Source: a virus (Duplodnaviria > Caudoviricetes). Taken from it: a DNA stretch of 35,687 nt. This document shows positions 1 through 8,371 of the stretch, piece by piece. The notes under the pieces were generated by a model that saw only the letters and a list, made by a program, of their open reading frames with translations, searched no databases and had not been told where the DNA came from. The position numbers and the translations under genes were made by a program. The number at the start of each line of letters is the position of its first letter. Position 1 is the stretch's first letter. Location: the IMG/VR virus record IMGVR_UViG_3300007778_000019, positions 1-35,687 of that record; one strand, given 5' to 3'.

Positions 1-243
1 ATTGTAGGCTCATTACGACTAGGGGGTTTACCATTCACAAGCTCAACTTATTCACCAATAACAGTGTCGTATTGTAATGCTTTTAATTTTGACGAAGCTA
101 CAACTTCAGTAAGTGGTTTTGTGCCTACTTCAGCCACTTATATATCGTTTTTAAAAGGCAGCAGTGTAAATGCCATAACTGATACCGATTGTTCAGCGTC
201 AGGATCTGGTGCTCTTATACTGTGTGCTACATACGAGATTTAA
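1..243 (+). CDS. 3' end of a gene truncated by the window; probable tail fibre/appendage C-terminal domain
   Basis: Frame +1 is open from base 1 to TAA at 241-243 (IVGSLRLGGLPFTSS...LILCATYEI). The GLPF motif and short beta-rich end resemble phage fibre C-termini. Confidence 0.55.
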   Translation: MVGSLRLGGLPFTSSTYSPITVSYCNAFNFDEATTSVSGFVPTSATYISFLKGSSVNAITDTDCSASGSGALILCATYEI

Positions 244-296
244 TTACCCCTAGTGGATTCTAAGGGTGGACATTTAACAAAACTAAGGAGGCCAAC

Positions 297-533
297 ATGG
301 CTTTAACAAAAGAAGTAGTAGTAGACAAGTGCGAAATGCTTGAGAACGGATGTATCCAAGTGCGTACAGCAACTCGTATTCTAGAAGACGGGCAAATTAT
401 ATCTCAGTCTTACCACCGTCATGTATGTGTTCCAGGGCATGATTACACAGACGAAGATCCAAAAGTACAAGCTATTTGTGCAGCTGTACATACCCAAGAA
501 GTTATTGATGCTTATAATGCATCACAACAATAA
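297..533 (+). CDS. Small phage protein (78 aa), possibly tail-fibre associated
   Basis: Strong SD (AAGGAGG) before the ATG; directly follows the putative fibre gene. Confidence 0.7.
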   Translation: MALTKEVVVDKCEMLENGCIQVRTATRILEDGQIISQSYHRHVCVPGHDYTDEDPKVQAICAAVHTQEVIDAYNASQQ

Positions 534-604
534 TACGTATAATACATTTATTACTAATATACTAGTGTAGTATTATAAAACTTATACAAGAGAAGATATT
601 AAAT

Positions 605-2752
605 ATGAATGACGAAGATATAATTAAAGATGAAGTAGCTAAAGACATATACGCTTCTAAATCTTCTCTGGCTAAGTGGGATAATGTACCTAGTGTTCGT
701 GATCTTAAGCAAGACTTAGAAGACGCTAAATCAGCTCATAATGCACAAGTCAGTCAAGTATCTACTTGGTTAGATAATCTTAATGTTACTGGGTCTGCTA
801 GAGTTAATACTAAGAAAGGCCGTAGTAAAATTGTTCCTAAACTTATTCGTAAGCAAGCAGAATGGCGTTACTCTTCACTGTCTGAACCTTTCTTGTCTAC
901 TGAGGATGTATTTAACGTAGAACCTATTACTTTTGAAGACAAACCTGGAGCATTTCAAAATCAGCTTATTCTTAATAATCAGTTTAATACTAAACTAGAT
1001 AAAGTTAAGTTTATTGATGATTACGTTAGAACAGCAGTAGACGAAGGTACTGTTATTGTTCGTGTAGGTTGGGATTACGAAGACGAAACTGTTGAAGTAG
1101 AAGTACCTGTCTTTGAATACGTAACAACTCAAGATCCTGCAGTAGCTCAACAGCACCAACAAATTCACGCATTGATGCAACAGAACATTGGTGAATATAA
1201 CAATCTACCTGCAGAATTGCGTACTGCTCATGAAATTCTAATGGAATCAGGTGAGCTAGTTGTACCCCAATTAGTAGGTACTGAAGTACGTGAAGAAACT
1301 AACGTATTACGAAACCAACCTACAGTATCAGTATGTGATTATCGTAACGTTATTATTGACCCAACTTGTGAAGGTGATTTAACCAAAGCTAGCTTTATTG
1401 TGTATAGCTTTGAAACCTCACTGTCTGAGTTAAAGAAAGACGGTAAATATTCTAACTTGGATCAAATCAAAGTAAGCAACGCTTCTGTGCTTAGTGAACC
1501 TGATCATGCTAGCCATGATGACAGTGCGTTTAGCTTTAAAGATAAACCACGTCAAAAGTTTGTAGCTTATGAATACTGGGGTTACTGGGATATTGATAAT
1601 ACCGGTATTGTTAAACCTATTGTGGCTACCTTTGTAGGTGACACTATTATCCGTATGGAAGAAAACCCATTCCCAGATCAAAAGCTCCCATTTGTTTTGG
1701 TTCAATACTTACCTAAACGTAAATCTATTTACGGTGAACCTGATGGTGCATTGTTAGAAGATAACCAAAAAATTGCTGGTGCTGTTACACGTGGCATGAT
1801 TGACATTATGGGCCGTAGTGCTAATGGTCAAATGGCAGTACGTAAAGATGCTTTAGATTTAACTAACAAGCGTAAGTTTGATCAAGGTATGGACTATGAG
1901 TTCAATGCTAACGTTGATCCAAGACAAGCATTTCATATGCACACCTACCCTGAGATTCCACAGTCTGCACAGTTCATGTTGCAACTGCAAAACCAAGAAG
2001 CTGAATCACTTACAGGTGTTAAAGCCTTTACTACCGGTATTAGCGGACAATCATTAGGCAATACTGCTACAGGCATTCGTAGTGCATTAGACGCTACCAG
2101 TAAGCGTGAGTTAGCTATCTTGCGTAGATTAGCTGAAGGCATCAAAGAAATAGGCCGTAAAATTATTGCAATGAATGCTGTCTTCTTGTCCGATACAGAA
2201 GTAGTTCGTGTAACTAACGCACAGTTTGTAGAAGTACGCAGAGATGATCTTGCTGGTAATTACGATCTTAGGCTTAGCATTAGCACGGCTGAAGCAGACA
2301 ATGAAAAAGCACAAGAATTGGCTTTCATGCTTCAAACGATGGGTAATAGTATGGATCCTAATATGTCTCGTATGATCCTGGCAGACATTGCTAGTTTACG
2401 TAAGATGCCTGAACTAGCTAAACAAATTAAAGAGTACCAGCCACAACCTGACCCATTAGCTCAACGTAGAGCAGAACTTGAATTGGCATTGCTAGAAGCA
2501 CAAGTTATGAATGAACGTGCTAAAGGCCAAGAAAATGCAGTGGATGTACAACTTAAAACTGCTAAGACTCAAGTTGAATTGGCTAAAACACGTAATCTTG
2601 AAAGCAGATCAGATCAACAAGATTTGGACTTTGTACAAAAACAAACAGGCCAAGACATTGAACGTGAATTGGCTAAGAAGGATTTCGACAGAAAATCTCA
2701 GCTGGATCTAAAAGCTGCAGATTCTATGTTGATGGGTAACGAGCAACCATAA
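605..2752 (+). CDS. Portal protein (N4 gp59-like)
   Basis: Contains PKLIRKQAEWRYSSLSEPFL, AYEYWGYWDID and ALDATSKRELAILRRL, typical of N4-like portals; C-terminal coiled coil; synteny. Confidence 0.95.
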   Translation: MNDEDIIKDEVAKDIYASKSSLAKWDNVPSVRDLKQDLEDAKSAHNAQVSQVSTWLDNLNVTGSARVNTKKGRSKIVPKLIRKQAEWRYSSLSEPFLSTEDVFNVEPITFEDKPGAFQNQLILNNQFNTKLDKVKFIDDYVRTAVDEGTVIVRVGWDYEDETVEVEVPVFEYVTTQDPAVAQQHQQIHALMQQNIGEYNNLPAELRTAHEILMESGELVVPQLVGTEVREETNVLRNQPTVSVCDYRNVIIDPTCEGDLTKASFIVYSFETSLSELKKDGKYSNLDQIKVSNASVLSEPDHASHDDSAFSFKDKPRQKFVAYEYWGYWDIDNTGIVKPIVATFVGDTIIRMEENPFPDQKLPFVLVQYLPKRKSIYGEPDGALLEDNQKIAGAVTRGMIDIMGRSANGQMAVRKDALDLTNKRKFDQGMDYEFNANVDPRQAFHMHTYPEIPQSAQFMLQLQNQEAESLTGVKAFTTGISGQSLGNTATGIRSALDATSKRELAILRRLAEGIKEIGRKIIAMNAVFLSDTEVVRVTNAQFVEVRRDDLAGNYDLRLSISTAEADNEKAQELAFMLQTMGNSMDPNMSRMILADIASLRKMPELAKQIKEYQPQPDPLAQRRAELELALLEAQVMNERAKGQENAVDVQLKTAKTQVELAKTRNLESRSDQQDLDFVQKQTGQDIERELAKKDFDRKSQLDLKAADSMLMGNEQP

Positions 2753-2789
2753 GCTCAACAACACTATCTCTTAAATGAGGACACGCGTA

Positions 2790-3128
2790 ATGATTGAACA
2801 ACAAATTGAAGAAATTGAAGTAAGTATTGCCGCTGCTAAAGAACACATCGCTAAGATGGAAGCTTTGTTTAGGCTTACTGAAAACAAAGACTTTAAAGAA
2901 ATTATTGATGATGGTTACTTTGTAAAAGAAGCAAGCCGTGTAGTATTGCTAAAAGCTGATCCTGAAATGCAGGATGAAAAGTACCAAAAACAATTGAATG
3001 ACTCAATCATTGCGATTGGTGTACTACGCCAATATTTCCGCAGTGTGATCCAGTTGGGTCGTATGGCTGAACGCTCTATTGAAGACGATGAAAATACACG
3101 TCAAGAGCTACTAGCCGAGGCGGTGTAA
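2790..3128 (+). CDS. N4 gp58-like helical protein
   Basis: Lies between portal and gp57; L..NKDFKEIIDDGYF motif. ATG at 2790 preferred because of the GAGG SD at 2777-2780. Confidence 0.8.
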   Translation: MIEQQIEEIEVSIAAAKEHIAKMEALFRLTENKDFKEIIDDGYFVKEASRVVLLKADPEMQDEKYQKQLNDSIIAIGVLRQYFRSVIQLGRMAERSIEDDENTRQELLAEAV

Positions 3129-3129
3129 T

Positions 3130-4317
3130 ATGAGTACTGCTGAGGAACTCAATCCACTGGAAATGTCTGATGACGACATCAATGATGCTATTGCACGTGA
3201 ACTAGCACGTGTATCTGGTGTTAATGAAGAAGAAGAAGCAGACGACATTGTAGAAGACGTAGCTGACACTGAAGAAGTTGAAGAGACTGAAGAAGTAGAA
3301 GACGTTGTTGACGAAGACACTGAAGTTGAATCTGAAGATGACTCTGAGACTGTTTCAGAAGACGCTGAAGACGAAGTAGTTGAAGACACTGATGATGATT
3401 TGCCTGAAGCAGAAGATGACTCAGAAGAGCCTACAGAAGCTTCTGACGATGAAGAAGTTGAATCAGATGAAGAAATCGACTATAAAACACTGTATGAACA
3501 AGTTTTAGCGCCATTTAAAGCCAATGGCAAAGAAATGCAAGTGGATAACATTGATGATGTTAGAAGCTTAATGCAAATGGGTGCTAACTACAGTAAGAAA
3601 ATGATGGCTCTAAAACCCAATCTCAAGATTATGAAGATGCTTGAGAATAACGGGTTATTAGATGAAAGCAAATTAACCTTTTTAATTGATCTGGATAAAA
3701 AAGAACCAGAAGCAATTAAGAAGTTAATCGGTGATAGTGGAATTGATCCACTGGATCTGGATACAACGGCTAATAGTTATAAGCCCAATACTTACACTGT
3801 CTCTGACAAAGAAGTAGAACTGGATGGAATACTCGAAGAAATTCGAGACACAGAAACCTTTAATGCTACTTTAGATGTTATTGGCAACAAGTGGGATAGC
3901 CCGTCTAAAAATATTATTGTTAATGACCCTAGTATTATTAGAACCATTAATGAGCATATGCAGACAGGTATTTATGACATTGTTAGCCAAGCAGTAGAAC
4001 GGGAACGGGTATTAGGTAGACTGAATGGTTTATCTGATCTTGAAGCCTATAAACAAATCGGTGATATGATCAATGACAATGGAGGTTTTGCTCATTTACA
4101 GCATAATGCTCGTAAACAGCAAGCCCAACCTAAAGTTATATCAAAACCCAGTAATGTTAATAGAGCAAAGACAACCGTAGACCCAAAGCTTACGAACCGC
4201 AAGAAAGCTGCGAGTTCTACTAAAAGTGCTCCTAGCACTAAACGTGAAGAAAACTTCAATCCACTTAGTTTAAGTGATGAAGAGTTTGAAAAATTAGTTG
4301 CTAGTAAATTTGTTTAA
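3130..4317 (+). CDS. N4 gp57-like protein (often labelled tape measure; more plausibly a scaffold)
   Basis: Long acidic N-terminus, PFKANGKE...LMQMGANYSKKM..LKP motif, C-terminal NPLSLSDEEF; directly upstream of the capsid gene. Confidence 0.88.
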   Translation: MSTAEELNPLEMSDDDINDAIARELARVSGVNEEEEADDIVEDVADTEEVEETEEVEDVVDEDTEVESEDDSETVSEDAEDEVVEDTDDDLPEAEDDSEEPTEASDDEEVESDEEIDYKTLYEQVLAPFKANGKEMQVDNIDDVRSLMQMGANYSKKMMALKPNLKIMKMLENNGLLDESKLTFLIDLDKKEPEAIKKLIGDSGIDPLDLDTTANSYKPNTYTVSDKEVELDGILEEIRDTETFNATLDVIGNKWDSPSKNIIVNDPSIIRTINEHMQTGIYDIVSQAVERERVLGRLNGLSDLEAYKQIGDMINDNGGFAHLQHNARKQQAQPKVISKPSNVNRAKTTVDPKLTNRKKAASSTKSAPSTKREENFNPLSLSDEEFEKLVASKFV

Positions 4318-4341
4318 TATTATTGGTAAAGGTATATAACC

Positions 4342-5517
4342 ATGACTCAATCATACAATGAACCCGGAGTTACCGAATCAAACGTCGGTACTCAAGTACG
4401 TACTGACTACTTCTACAAGAAAGCTCTTGTTGAAATCGCAAAAGAACAGTACTTCTCACAATTGGCTGACGTAACTGCTATGCCCAAAAACATGGGCAAA
4501 ACCATTAAGCGTTACCATTACTTGCCTATCTTGGATGATGCTAACGTATTTACCCAAGGTTTGGATGCAGCTGGTTCTGCAGTAAACCCAGGCAACCTGT
4601 ATGGCTCAAGCAAAGACATTGGTACTATTACTGGCAAAATCCCTGCTTTGTCTGAAGCTGGTGGCCGTGTAAACCGTGTTGGTATGACTCGTATCGAAAT
4701 TGAAGGTTCTCTTGAGAAGTTTGGTTTCTTTGATGAGTACACTCAAGAGTCAATTGACTTTGATTCTGACGCTGAACTGGAAATGCACATCACTTCTGAG
4801 TGTTTGAAAGCAGCTAACGAAATCACCGAAGACCAATTGCAAATTGATTTGTTGAACGGTGCTGGTGTTGTACGTTTCACTGGTGATGCTACTACTCCTG
4901 CTGAATTGCAAGGTACTACTACTTCACCTGACGTATTGACCTACGATGACTTGGTTAAACTGGCTATCGAGTTGGATAACAACCGTACTCCTAAGCAAAC
5001 CAAAATCATCACTGGTTCACGTATGGTAGACACCAAAGTAGTTAACGCTGCTCGCTACATGTACGTAGGTTCAGAAATGTTGCCAACTTTGATGAAGTTG
5101 ACCAACTACCACAGCGAAAAAGCTTTTGTTCCTGTATCACAATACGCTGATGCTGGTAACGTTGCTCGTGGTGAAGTAGGTGCTATCGACAACTTCCGTA
5201 TCATTGTTGTACCTGAAATGATGAAATGGGCTGGTGTTGGTGCTGCTGAAGGTGTTAACGCTGGCTACCAAGCAACTGGCGGTAACTATGACGTATTCCC
5301 AATGTTGGTTATTGGTGATGGTTCATTTACTACTATTGGTTTCCAAACTGACGGTAAATCAGTTAAGTTTAAAATTAACCACATGAAACCTGCTCAAACT
5401 GTACGCCCAGAAGATCCCTATGGTGAGACTGGCTTCTACAGCATCAAGTGGTACTACGGTACTATGGTTCTCCGTCCAGAGCGTTTGGCGGTAATCAAAA
5501 CTATTGCTGAAGTTTAA
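4342..5517 (+). CDS. Major capsid protein (N4 gp56-like)
   Basis: GNLYGSSKDIG, GGRVNRVG, ANEITEDQLQIDLL and DPYGETGFYSIKWYYG motifs; strongly biased codon use; followed by a terminator. Confidence 0.97.
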   Translation: MTQSYNEPGVTESNVGTQVRTDYFYKKALVEIAKEQYFSQLADVTAMPKNMGKTIKRYHYLPILDDANVFTQGLDAAGSAVNPGNLYGSSKDIGTITGKIPALSEAGGRVNRVGMTRIEIEGSLEKFGFFDEYTQESIDFDSDAELEMHITSECLKAANEITEDQLQIDLLNGAGVVRFTGDATTPAELQGTTTSPDVLTYDDLVKLAIELDNNRTPKQTKIITGSRMVDTKVVNAARYMYVGSEMLPTLMKLTNYHSEKAFVPVSQYADAGNVARGEVGAIDNFRIIVVPEMMKWAGVGAAEGVNAGYQATGGNYDVFPMLVIGDGSFTTIGFQTDGKSVKFKINHMKPAQTVRPEDPYGETGFYSIKWYYGTMVLRPERLAVIKTIAEV

Positions 5518-5528
5518 GCAATAAACTA

Positions 5529-5559
5529 GCCCCTTACTTCGGTAAGGGGTTTTATTTTT
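5529..5559 (+). terminator. Rho-independent terminator after the capsid gene
   Basis: GCCCCTTAC-TTCG-GTAAGGGGT hairpin with a C(UUCG)G tetraloop, followed by TTTATTTTT. Confidence 0.92.
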
Positions 5560-5606
5560 AATACACATACTAGTGGTATCACCCACTATCAAAAAAGGTA
5601 ACTAGC

Positions 5607-6182
5607 ATGACTGATGATACAAACGATATTGAAATGACTGAAGAAGAACAACAAGCAGCGTATGCGCTTGATGCTTTAAAAGCTAAAGCTGATCTTTTAG
5701 GTGTTAAGTACACTAAAAATATTGGTGCAGAAAAACTGCGTATTCGAATTGAAAATCATTTAGCTAAACAAAATGAAGACGATGAGATTGAGGCTGAAAT
5801 TGTTCAAGAAGAATTAAGCCATAAGCAAGTAATTGCTCAACGCAAAAAAGACGCATCTAAGTTGCTTCGTATTCGTGTAACTTGCATGAACCCAAACAAA
5901 AAGAATTGGCAAGGTGAAATCTTTTCTGTTGGATCTTCTAAAATGGGCACGTTCAAAAAGTTTGTACCATTTAATGCTGATGATGGTTGGCATGTACCTA
6001 AGATTATTTACGATGCAATTAAAGAGCGTAAATTTAGTACATTTAAAACTGAGAAAACCAATAAGGGACAACAAGTACGCAAAGCTCATTTAGTTCCTGA
6101 GTATAGTGTGGAAGTGCTTCCTGACTTAACTAAAGAAGAACTTGAGTCACTGGCTAAACAACAAGCTATGGCGAAAGGCTAA
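5607..6182 (+). CDS. N4 gp55-like protein
   Basis: LKAKADLLGVKY..NIG, LLRIRVTCMNPNKK.WQGEIFSV and VEVLPDLT.EEL..LA..Q motifs; synteny. Confidence 0.88.
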   Translation: MTDDTNDIEMTEEEQQAAYALDALKAKADLLGVKYTKNIGAEKLRIRIENHLAKQNEDDEIEAEIVQEELSHKQVIAQRKKDASKLLRIRVTCMNPNKKNWQGEIFSVGSSKMGTFKKFVPFNADDGWHVPKIIYDAIKERKFSTFKTEKTNKGQQVRKAHLVPEYSVEVLPDLTKEELESLAKQQAMAKG

Positions 6183-6199
6183 ATTAAAAGGTAAATGAT

Positions 6200-6514
6200 A
6201 TGTTTGTAGTAGATGCCGTTGACGTTATTACGTTCACAATTACTCGTCCTAAAGAAGCTTCACCAGAAGCAGTCACATCCGGTGTGGCTTCTGTACGTGC
6301 TGTTGATCCTGTAGGTGATGTTCAATCTATTGCTTTAAGCTCTGCTGTTGCCCCTACTAGTACTACTGAAGGTTCAATTGCATTTTCAGATATTTTGAAT
6401 ACTAAAGGTGTATACCGTTACGAAGTAATTAATGATGCAGGTGACGTAACTCACGTAATGCACGTTAACGCAGTAGAACGTTCTACAGCATATACATCTA
6501 CTGTTAAATTTTAA
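6200..6514 (+). CDS. Hypothetical beta-rich virion-module protein (104 aa)
   Basis: SD (AAGGT) and tight packing between the gp55- and gp54-like genes; alternating hydrophobic strands. Confidence 0.7.
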   Translation: MFVVDAVDVITFTITRPKEASPEAVTSGVASVRAVDPVGDVQSIALSSAVAPTSTTEGSIAFSDILNTKGVYRYEVINDAGDVTHVMHVNAVERSTAYTSTVKF

Positions 6515-6524
6515 GGTATAACCA

Positions 6525-8369
6525 ATGGCTGACATTGATATAGCTGAAGTTACTTCAGGAACCGTTGCTGGCGATGGTATCTTTGATGAACTGATGAAAG
6601 GTGTTACTGCTCATTTAGATGAACAGTACAAAAAGAATCGGATCAAAGGTGCTGACTATGCCAATGTCTACCTTGGATCAATCCAGTATGCAATGCAGCA
6701 AGCGATTACGTTTGCATTGCAGAAACAGCAATCCGACAAGCAAGCTGAGCTTTTAGCAGCTCAAACAGCTGAAGTAGTCGATTCAACTGTACGTGCTAAT
6801 GCAGAGCTAGACAGTACGTTAGCTACTGCCGCTAAGCAACGAGATGGTTTAGATGCTGACATTAACCTTAAAGTGGCCCAGACTGGAGAAGTAGAAGATT
6901 CTACAGTTAGAGCCAACACAGAATTAACTGACAAACTGTTAACCTCTGGTAAACAGCGTGACGGTATTGATTCTGACATTACTCTTAAAGCTGCCCAAAC
7001 AGCTGAAGTTACAGATTCTACGACTAGAGCTAATACTGAACTTACCGATAACTTGCTTACTGCTGATAAGCAACGTGATGCTATTGATTCAGATATTAGT
7101 CTCAAAGCAGCACAGAGTGCTGAAGTTACTGACAGTACAAGCAGAGCTAACGTAGAGCTTTCTGACAAGCTTTTGGTTACAGCAATACAAAGAGACTTAA
7201 CTGCTGAGCAAATTGCTGATACGTCAGCTAGTGCGCTTCTGAAGGCTGCACAGACTAGTGAAGTAACTGACAGCACTGTACGAGCCAATACTGAACTGGC
7301 AGACAAGCTAGAATCTACTGAAGCAGATCGTACTTTGACCTTTAAACAGGTTGAGTCAACTACTCAAGATATTGCACTTAAAGCAGCACAAACCAGTGAA
7401 GTTAGTGATAGCACTATACGAGCTAACACTGAGCTTACTGACAAACTTGTTAGTACGGCTAAAGAGCGTGATGTACAAGATGCACAGATTGCTAATCTGG
7501 CTATTGAGTCACAACTTAAAGGTGCACAGACTGATGAAGTCTTGGATAGCACTACACGTGCTAACACTGAGTTGTCAGACAAACTCTTAACAACTGCAAG
7601 TGAACGCACATTGTTGTCTTCACAAACAACTGAAGTTAACGCTTCTGCTGCACTAAAAACAACACAGAAAGACGAAGTGGCTGATGCTACTATTCGTGCT
7701 AATACTGAGCTTAATGATAAGCTCATTAGTACTGAGAAAGACCGTCAAGCCATTGATTCAGAGATTGTACTGAAAGGTGCTCAAACCAATGAAATACTAG
7801 ACAGTACTGATCGTGCAAACGTAGCACTGAATGATGAGCTAGCAACATCAGCTGCACAGCGTGAGAAGATTGCTAAAGACATTGCATTAGCAGACGTACA
7901 AGCCTTTGAAGTTATCGACAATACTGAACGTGAACGTTTAGCCTTAGATGCAGAGCTTGAAAAAATTGAAGTTGATAAGACTCGTGTCAAAACTGAAATT
8001 GATTTAGCTATGGTTCGTATTGCTGAAGAGACTGCTGCTACTGCTAGAGCAGATGCACGTAACACTAAAGAACTTGAAGTTATGGCTTCACAGATTGTTA
8101 AGATTGAAGCTGAAGAAAATCTGTTGGTGGCTAAACTTAGCACTGAAACAGCGCATCAAAGTGTTTACCTCAAACAAGTTGAACTCTACACAGCACAAAA
8201 AGATGGCTTTGCTAGAGATGCTGAACAGAAAGCCGCTAAGATCATTGCAGATCTATGGGCAGTAGAGCGTACATCTGGTGGATCAATTGCATTGCCATTA
8301 AGTACTAGCGAATACCCAGGAGTCTTCCATGATCTAGTAAGTAAAGCTGGATTATCTGAAGGCGCATAG
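6525..8369 (+). CDS. N4 gp54-like tail (tube) protein with an expanded internal repeat
   Basis: N-terminal G.GIFDELMK.V.AHL.EQY.KNRI.GADYA.VY and C-terminal KQVELYTAQKDGFARDAEQKAAKI are gp54-family hallmarks. Confidence 0.85.
   Translation: MADIDIAEVTSGTVAGDGIFDELMKGVTAHLDEQYKKNRIKGADYANVYLGSIQYAMQQAITFALQKQQSDKQAELLAAQTAEVVDSTVRANAELDSTLATAAKQRDGLDADINLKVAQTGEVEDSTVRANTELTDKLLTSGKQRDGIDSDITLKAAQTAEVTDSTTRANTELTDNLLTADKQRDAIDSDISLKAAQSAEVTDSTSRANVELSDKLLVTAIQRDLTAEQIADTSASALLKAAQTSEVTDSTVRANTELADKLESTEADRTLTFKQVESTTQDIALKAAQTSEVSDSTIRANTELTDKLVSTAKERDVQDAQIANLAIESQLKGAQTDEVLDSTTRANTELSDKLLTTASERTLLSSQTTEVNASAALKTTQKDEVADATIRANTELNDKLISTEKDRQAIDSEIVLKGAQTNEILDSTDRANVALNDELATSAAQREKIAKDIALADVQAFEVIDNTERERLALDAELEKIEVDKTRVKTEIDLAMVRIAEETAATARADARNTKELEVMASQIVKIEAEENLLVAKLSTETAHQSVYLKQVELYTAQKDGFARDAEQKAAKIIADLWAVERTSGGSIALPLSTSEYPGVFHDLVSKAGLSEGA
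6753..7889 (+). repeat. Nine degenerate tandem coding repeats (117 or 138 nt; 39 or 46 aa)
   Basis: Consensus KAAQT.EV.DST.RANTEL.DKL..T...R; unit lengths 39,39,39,46,46,46,46,39,39 aa, counted from the translation. Confidence 0.93.
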
Positions 8370-8371
8370 AT

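Noticed and set aside
3111-3389. Ser/Thr-rich minus-strand ORF
   Set aside because: It is the reverse complement of the GAA/GAC-rich acidic tract of the gp57-like gene.
6753-7889. CRISPR array or DGR template/variable repeat
   Set aside because: The repeats are in-frame, degenerate at synonymous sites and lack spacers; no cas or reverse transcriptase gene is in the window.
6761-8143. Long antisense ORFs (181, 120 and 120 aa) opposite the repeat protein
   Set aside because: They are shadows of the repeat and codon bias, rich in Ser/Val/Leu, with no SD.
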